Assembly: GCA_965235115.1 (NCBI GenBank)
Contig: OZ249436.1
Location: forward strand, 12,960,001 to 13,020,000
Direction: 5' to 3'
Length of the DNA stretch: 60,000 bases
Source of the DNA: Laetmonice hystrix
Lineage: Eukaryota
The translations under genes were made by a program, and so were the position numbers. The notes below the pieces were generated by a model. The model ran no database searches. It was not told the DNA's origin and was given only the letters and a program-made list of their open reading frames with translations. Numbering within the stretch: position 1 is the stretch's first letter; the number at the start of each line of letters is the position of its first letter. Below are positions 54,951 through 60,000 of this stretch, one piece after another.

Positions 54951-57344
54951 TTCGTCCATCATTTACTCCCATGTAATCTGTGTCCCCTACTGACCACCTG
55001 TAAGCGTCCGACAACGTTGTATGATAGACCCAGTGGATGTTTGCCGTAAAGACTTAATTAACAATGACAAATGACGTTGTTCCCCTTTCTATATCAGATA
55101 TCCCATCCCCAAGTAGAAACGAATGACAGAGATGTTGCAAGCAAACACCAGGGTGCGGTACTGAAGGGTCCGACTGCACTGCCACCTTCCGGCTACCGAT
55201 GTAATCACCACCTTAGACCTGGCCGGGCTGGCAGGCACGTATGGCGCCTTGGGGAGAGACAGGTTTATGCAATGATAAGCGAAAAATGGGTTCATTTTTG
55301 ATACGTCAAATTGAAATTACGCCCCCAAAATTATGATTGTTAGGCCATATGTATAACTGTCACTCTTATAGGTCTCGTACGTTCGCTATAGATAAATGGT
55401 TGTGATATGTCTACTTCCCATTTGAGTATCTTCTCCAAATTTTAACATTAGATGCCCCTCGCCTATACCTTTCATTTCCACTACCTCACTGAACTGTTTG
55501 CATCGGTAGTAGGCCAGCCGATAGGATGTAGGGACGTCCCAGTGTACTGTTTGGCCTCTCATAGTGCTTGTCCTCACAGTATACGGTTTGGCCTCACTGT
55601 ACTGTTCGGCCTCACTGTACTGTTTGCTTGGGTATTAGGCAAGGTAGTACCACCTTGTAGGGATTCGTCACTGTACTGTTTGGCCTCCCTGTACTCTTTG
55701 GCCTCACTGTACTGTTTGCTTCTATACAACTGTCGCCAGTAATATATGGACGCCTCATGTTTCATGTTTCCATGCCTTTATTGTCCAAGAGGCAGGCCAT
55801 CCGTTTCGTCCATCATTTAGGCCTACTCCCATGTAATGTGTGTCCCCTACTGACCACCTGTAAGCGCCCGACAACGTTGTATGGTAGACCCACTGGATGT
55901 TTGCCGTAAAGACCTAATTAACAAAGGCAAATGACGTTGTTCGCCTTTCTATATCAGATATCCCATCCCAAGTAGAAACAGATGGCAGAGATGTTGCAAG
56001 CAAACACCATGGTGCGGTACTGAAGGGTCCGACTGCACTGCCACCTTCCGGCTACCGATGTAATCACCACCTTAGACCTGGCTGGGCTGGCAGGCAAGTG
56101 TGGCGCGTAGGGGAGAGACAGGTTTATGCAATGATAAGCGAAAAATGGCTTCATTTTTGATACGTCAAATTGAAATTACGGCCCAAAATTATGATTGTTA
56201 GGCCAGATGTATAACTGTCAACCGTATAGATCTCGTACGTTCGCTATATGATATGTCTACTTCCCATTTGAGTATCTTCTCCAAATTTTAACATTAGATA
56301 CCCTCGCCTATACCTTTCATTTCTACTACCTCACTGAATTGTTTGCATGGGTAGTAGGCCAGCCTATCAGATGTAGGGACTTCTCAGTGTACTGTTTGGC
56401 CTCTCATAGTGCTTGTCCTTACAGCTTTTTGTTTGGCCTCACTGTACTGTTCGGCCTCACTGTAGTGTTTGCTTGGGTATTAGGCAAGGCAGTACCTTGT
56501 AGGGATTCGTCACTGTACTGTTTGGCCTCCCTGTACTCTTGGGCCTCACTGTACTGTTTGCTTCTACAACTGTCGCCAGTAATATATGGACGCCTCATGT
56601 TTCATGTTTCCATGCCTTTATTGTCCAAGAGGCAGGCCATCCGTTTCGTCCATCATTTAGGCCTACTCCCATGTAATGTGTGTCCCCTACTGACCACCTG
56701 TAAGCGTCCGACAACGTTGTATGGTAGACCCAGTGGATGTTTGCCGTAAAGACTTAATTATCAAAGGCAAATGACGTTGTTCGCCTTTCTATATCAGATA
56801 TCCCATCCCAATTAGAAACAGATGGCAGAGATGTTGCAAGCAAACACCAGGGTGCGGTACTGAAGGGTCCAACTGCACTGCCACCTTCCGGCTACCGATG
56901 TAATCACCACCTAAGACCTGGCCGGGCTGGCAGGCACGTGTGGCGCGTAGGGGAGAGACAGGTTTATGCAATGATAAGCGAAAAATGGCTTCATTTTTGA
57001 TACGTCAAATTGAAATTACGCCCCAAAAATTATGATTGTTAGGCCAGATGTATAACTGTCACCCGTATAGGTCTCGTACGTTCGCTATAGATAAATGGTT
57101 GTGATATGTCTACTTCCCATTTGAGTATCTTCTCCAAATTTTAACATTAGATGCCCCTCGCCTATACCTTTCATGTCCACTACCTCACTGAACTGTTTGC
57201 ATGGGTAGTAGGCCAGTGTATCAGATGTAGGGACTTCTCAGTGTACTGTTTGGCCTCTTATAGTGCTTGTCCTCACAGTATACGGTTTGGCCTCACTGTA
57301 TTGATTGCGAACGCACTTATGTTGAATTTAATACCAGACGGCAG

Positions 57345-57978
57345 CACTTCCTCCAGCCTCAAAACACTCGTTTGGCATCGAAACACTCCTTTAAAGTTGT
57401 ATTTCTCCTATATTCATGATCGGAAAAAATGCAACTTACATTATTCAACCACACGATGTAATTTATTCTTTGTGGATTTTATTATGCTAATTCTAGTATA
57501 CGAATACAGTATAAGAAACGTATCAGAAATGTAACACATTTCTATTATAAGAAATACAGACCTTCGTCTACATGTGGAAGGAATTTTAGAGACATTTTTT
57601 TTAAATAATGAGTGCACTGGTGTTTATGAGACTGATGTTCCAACAAGGTGGTAGAGAAAGTCTAGAAGTGTAAATGATGAAAAGAACATGACTGTGAATA
57701 TGATTAGGGAGTTAATTAATGTTAGGGATGAAAGGATGAGTTGTGATGGTTTTACAAGAGATGATGTTAGAATTGTTATAGATTACCTTTGTACCTTTGG
57801 GGAGTTTTTGGGGACTGTAAGGTCAAGTATATTCAGGCTAGCGGGAGTGTTTTGAGACTAGCCAGAAATCACCCTAGAATGTTTTCGGGCTAGCCTCAAA
57901 ACACTGTGTAAGGGGGAGTTTATTCAGACACTGTGGAGTGTTTTGGGGCTGGAAAGTGTTTTGGGACTCCTACACCGG
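57345..57978. mobile_element. Candidate degenerate non-autonomous DNA element with inverted (sub)terminal AAAACACT-containing repeats
   Basis: TCCAGCCTCAAAACACTC (57352-57369) is a 17/18 inverted match to GAGTGTTTTGGGGCTGGA (57936-57953). There is also an internal 17/18 inverted pair at 57846-57863/57888-57905. The right side ends in TACACCGG (57971-57978). No target-site duplication was identified. Confidence 0.45.
57552..57798 (+). mobile_element. Decayed 3' fragment of a non-LTR retrotransposon (LINE) ORF2, possibly RTE-X-like
   Basis: Manual translation gives KYRPSSTCGRNFRDI (57552-57596), a frameshift in the T-run at 57595-57602, an in-frame TAG at 57652, then MTVNMIRELINVRDERMSCDGFTRDDVRIVIDYLCTF (57688-57798). 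The S-x-x-G-R-N-x-R and EL-x3-RD...F-x10-YLCT pattern resembles C-termini I recall from invertebrate LINE ORF2 proteins. The clade call is from memory only. Confidence 0.6.
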
Positions 57979-57995
57979 CTTTGCTGAAAAGAACG

Positions 57996-58108
57996 CGGAC
58001 ATATAGATCTAGTCCCGGTCGGACATATCGTGCCTTCTTTTTTTTGGGGGGGGGGGGGGGGGGACTCCGGACATATCGTGCCAGGCGGACATATCGTGCC
58101 ACAACAGG
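57996..58108. repeat. 15-bp direct repeats CGGACATATCGTGCC (three perfect copies, one partial) around a T8-G18 run; probable MITE subterminal region
   Basis: Perfect copies at 58020-58034, 58068-58082 and 58086-58100; partial CGGACATAT at 57996-58004; G-run at 58046-58063. Confidence 0.8.
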
Positions 58109-58147
58109 GCTTAAGCCCCCAAAGCCCCACCGCTGGATCTGCCACTG
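58109..58147 (-). mobile_element. Single terminus resembling CAGTGGCGGATCCAG-type invertebrate MITE ends
   Basis: The minus strand reads CAGTGGCAGATCCAGCGGTGGGGCTTTGGGGGCTTAAGC from 58147. No partner end is seen in the window. Confidence 0.5.
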
Positions 58148-58773
58148 CACGGGACTAGAGGAACACCACCTGTCCCTGTTTAGTATAACTGTTCATATTG
58201 CACATCGAGGGACGGGTTGGCGTATTTCAGAATCTCATTTCCTCTTCTTCTTGCACCTAAGGTGTCCATGATAACGAACGGGAAAACAACATGGGGACCA
58301 CGACAAAAATACAATAGCATACAATAGAAACACATTTTATTTCAGTAACAAACATCCATAAACATGGAATTCAATGGCCAGCATTCAGTGCAATGTAAAT
58401 AAAATATTCTCTGCAGAGTTACAGGCTACACCGGACCATTATCGCACGACGCTCTTCGTCTGCTGGCGCCAAACAGTAGGCCTAGTAGGCCTACTAGTCA
58501 TTGTTTACAATTATCTATGGAGTAGGGCAGGGTGACGCGGGTCAGTTTGCGTACACTGAGAACCACTAACCATAAAAACAAATGGGAGATGAACAAGATT
58601 CAGGCACCATATAATTAATATTCAAGGAAATTAGATCTACGTTTCATCCGCCTCCCTCTCATGGTAAGTTCAGTATGTAACTGGTGACAAACAAAGGCTG
58701 GTTATTTCCATGGCTGGCGCAGCAGCAGGGTTTCTTGAGCACAACATTTCATCCTACAATAGAGGTGTAATGT

Positions 58774-58853
58774 AGGTGGCGCTATCAATCGAAGAACGTC
58801 GGGGTCGGTCGTTATTCAGCCGAACACGTCGTCACGTTATGCACGTGACCAAT
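58774..58853. promoter_or_regulatory. Possible regulatory motif cluster: CTCF-like half site, three CACGT cores, E-box next to a CCAAT box
   Basis: AGGTGGCGCTA at 58774-58784; CACGT at 58825, 58833 and 58842; CACGTGACCAAT at 58842-58853, in a CpG-rich patch. These are motif matches only. Confidence 0.25.
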
Positions 58854-59340
58854 CGAGAGGTAAAGAGGACTGTAGGGTCGCCTGGACATTTTGCAAGATT
58901 GCACATATTTGGTAGATCAAGTTTCATCATAATCATTACCATTACTGGACAACACCTGCCCTGGGCCGGGCAACTGATTTAAAGCGCTGAACTGGACACT
59001 GAACACTGAACGGTGGCACTTGGCCAGTCGTCTGAGGACCGGCCTAAGAAATATCTCGGCCAATAGCAGCAAGCTATACACTGACAGGTTCAAGTGACCT
59101 ATCGGTAACACGTACCAAAACATCACCCCTGTAAGTCTACTGGTACGTCGCTATATAATTGTAGTACATATACACACTTTCGTATCTGCCGTTACTCGGA
59201 TTGGGTGTTGGTGGTTAATGTGTTGAAGGGGGCACAGACTGAGGTTGTCAGCAAATGCTGGCTTTGTCATTATCCGGGGTCGTATCGCCGATACTACATG
59301 GGCTTATGTAACGCAAACAGCCACGCTGCTTAAGACTCTA

Positions 59341-59519
59341 AGCCAGCTACACACTTGGCAACTTTTATCGCCGCAACTTTTCTCCTGAAACTGGCGGCGA
59401 CTCTTTTCTAAGCAACCTTCCGATGGACCCTAATCAAGAGACCGACTTTTCAATATAAACCGGAGATTATGTTTTTTAACCTGACTCTGGGCGACAAAAG
59501 CTGCGAAGTATGGCCAGTT
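59341..59519. mobile_element. Candidate ~180-bp MITE with imperfect terminal inverted repeats (PIF/Harbinger-like left end)
   Basis: CACACTTGGCAACTTTTATCGCC (59350-59372) matches the reverse complement of GGCGACAAAAGCTGCGAAGTATG (59490-59512) at 19/23. The left end reads TAAGCCAGCTACACAC. The right tip is degenerate and the TSD is unclear. Confidence 0.5.
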
Positions 59520-60000
59520 TTGGGCTGTTTAGAATGCCAATAAGATAATTGGCTTTTCTGCAAAGAAGCGGAGAGTTAACCTGTCGACGTGGCCTGTCAG
59601 CCATCCGTCACCAGTCATCGGATTTCTGGTTGCTTTGACTGCACCCTCCTGTCGACCACATGTGATCAGTATATCAGGCCAGCCAAATATCACTTAAACT
59701 GGATTAACTCAGCTCGTCTTTGCAGAGACGGCACTGAGGTTATCAGCATTTCGGTGCTTAGCCACAATTCGAATTCAAAAGAACTAGGTCTAATGCCGGG
59801 ATAGTAAGGTGTACTTTAGTATATCCTTCAGTCTCTAGCCATTCGAAATCTGCTAGAATTAGTATTATATGACCTGACAAGAACCTTATAAACACAATCA
59901 CACACAAATCACGGTCTACCCTTTTGTTTGTACGTAAGAGGACCACTATAGATATAACCTCAACAACTGCGATATAATCTATGTGTATGTATGCATACAT

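Larger units (their letters stand above)
1..57300. repeat. Tandem satellite DNA array, ~850-bp monomer, ~67 copies, head-to-tail; continues off the left edge of the window
   Basis: The anchor CATTAGAT(G/A)C recurs at 196, 1033, 1885, 2746, 3599 and so on up to 57151 (68 anchors counted, spacing about 836-861 bp). The same short ORFs recur periodically in the ORF track. Similarity stops after ...TTTGGCCTCACTGTA at 57,300. Confidence 0.99.

Noticed and set aside
196..57300. Recurrent 60-136 aa ORFs on both strands (MPLAYTFH..., M(Q/K)HEAS...EAKQYS..., MTLFPF...) as a tandem gene family
   Set aside because: They overlap on both strands and resemble no domain I recognise. B monomers lose the ATG, and 1-, 2- and 4-bp indels between monomer types break the frames. 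The 6-aa periodicity just reflects the 18-bp DNA subrepeat.
57920..58271. ORFs with poly-Pro/poly-Gly tracts (57920..58150, 57924..58145, 57933..58271)
   Set aside because: They are products of the G18 run and 15-bp repeats in MITE-like sequence.
58661..58669. ATG followed by GTAAGT as a first-exon splice donor
   Set aside because: It is an isolated motif with no supported downstream exon in the window.
58776..60000. Short flank ORFs (58776..58982, 58917..59126, 59589..59804, 59758..60000)
   Set aside because: They are 68-80 aa, several start at non-ATG codons, and none has a recognisable motif; consistent with chance.

Overview
This is eukaryotic-looking non-coding DNA. Positions 1-57,300 are the right-hand end of a head-to-tail satellite array of about 67 monomers of ~837-861 bp, all in one orientation. 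Four monomer types (A,B,C,D) form a ~3,402-bp higher-order repeat (HOR). The HOR is reshuffled by chimaeric monomers and by larger tandem duplications (periods 8,515, 9,348, 2,564, 1,696 and 856 bp) that can be traced with shared private SNPs. Each monomer contains a degenerate 18-bp subrepeat (GGCCTCACTGTACTGTTT) arranged in three blocks. The array ends abruptly at 57,300 after two to three more diverged monomers. The remaining 2.7 kb is a patchwork of transposon debris (a decayed LINE ORF2 C-terminal fragment, several MITE-like ends and inverted repeats) plus unique sequence. No intact protein-coding or RNA gene is supported; nearly all the listed ORFs are recurring by-products of the repeat. 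I do not recognise the satellite family or the organism.
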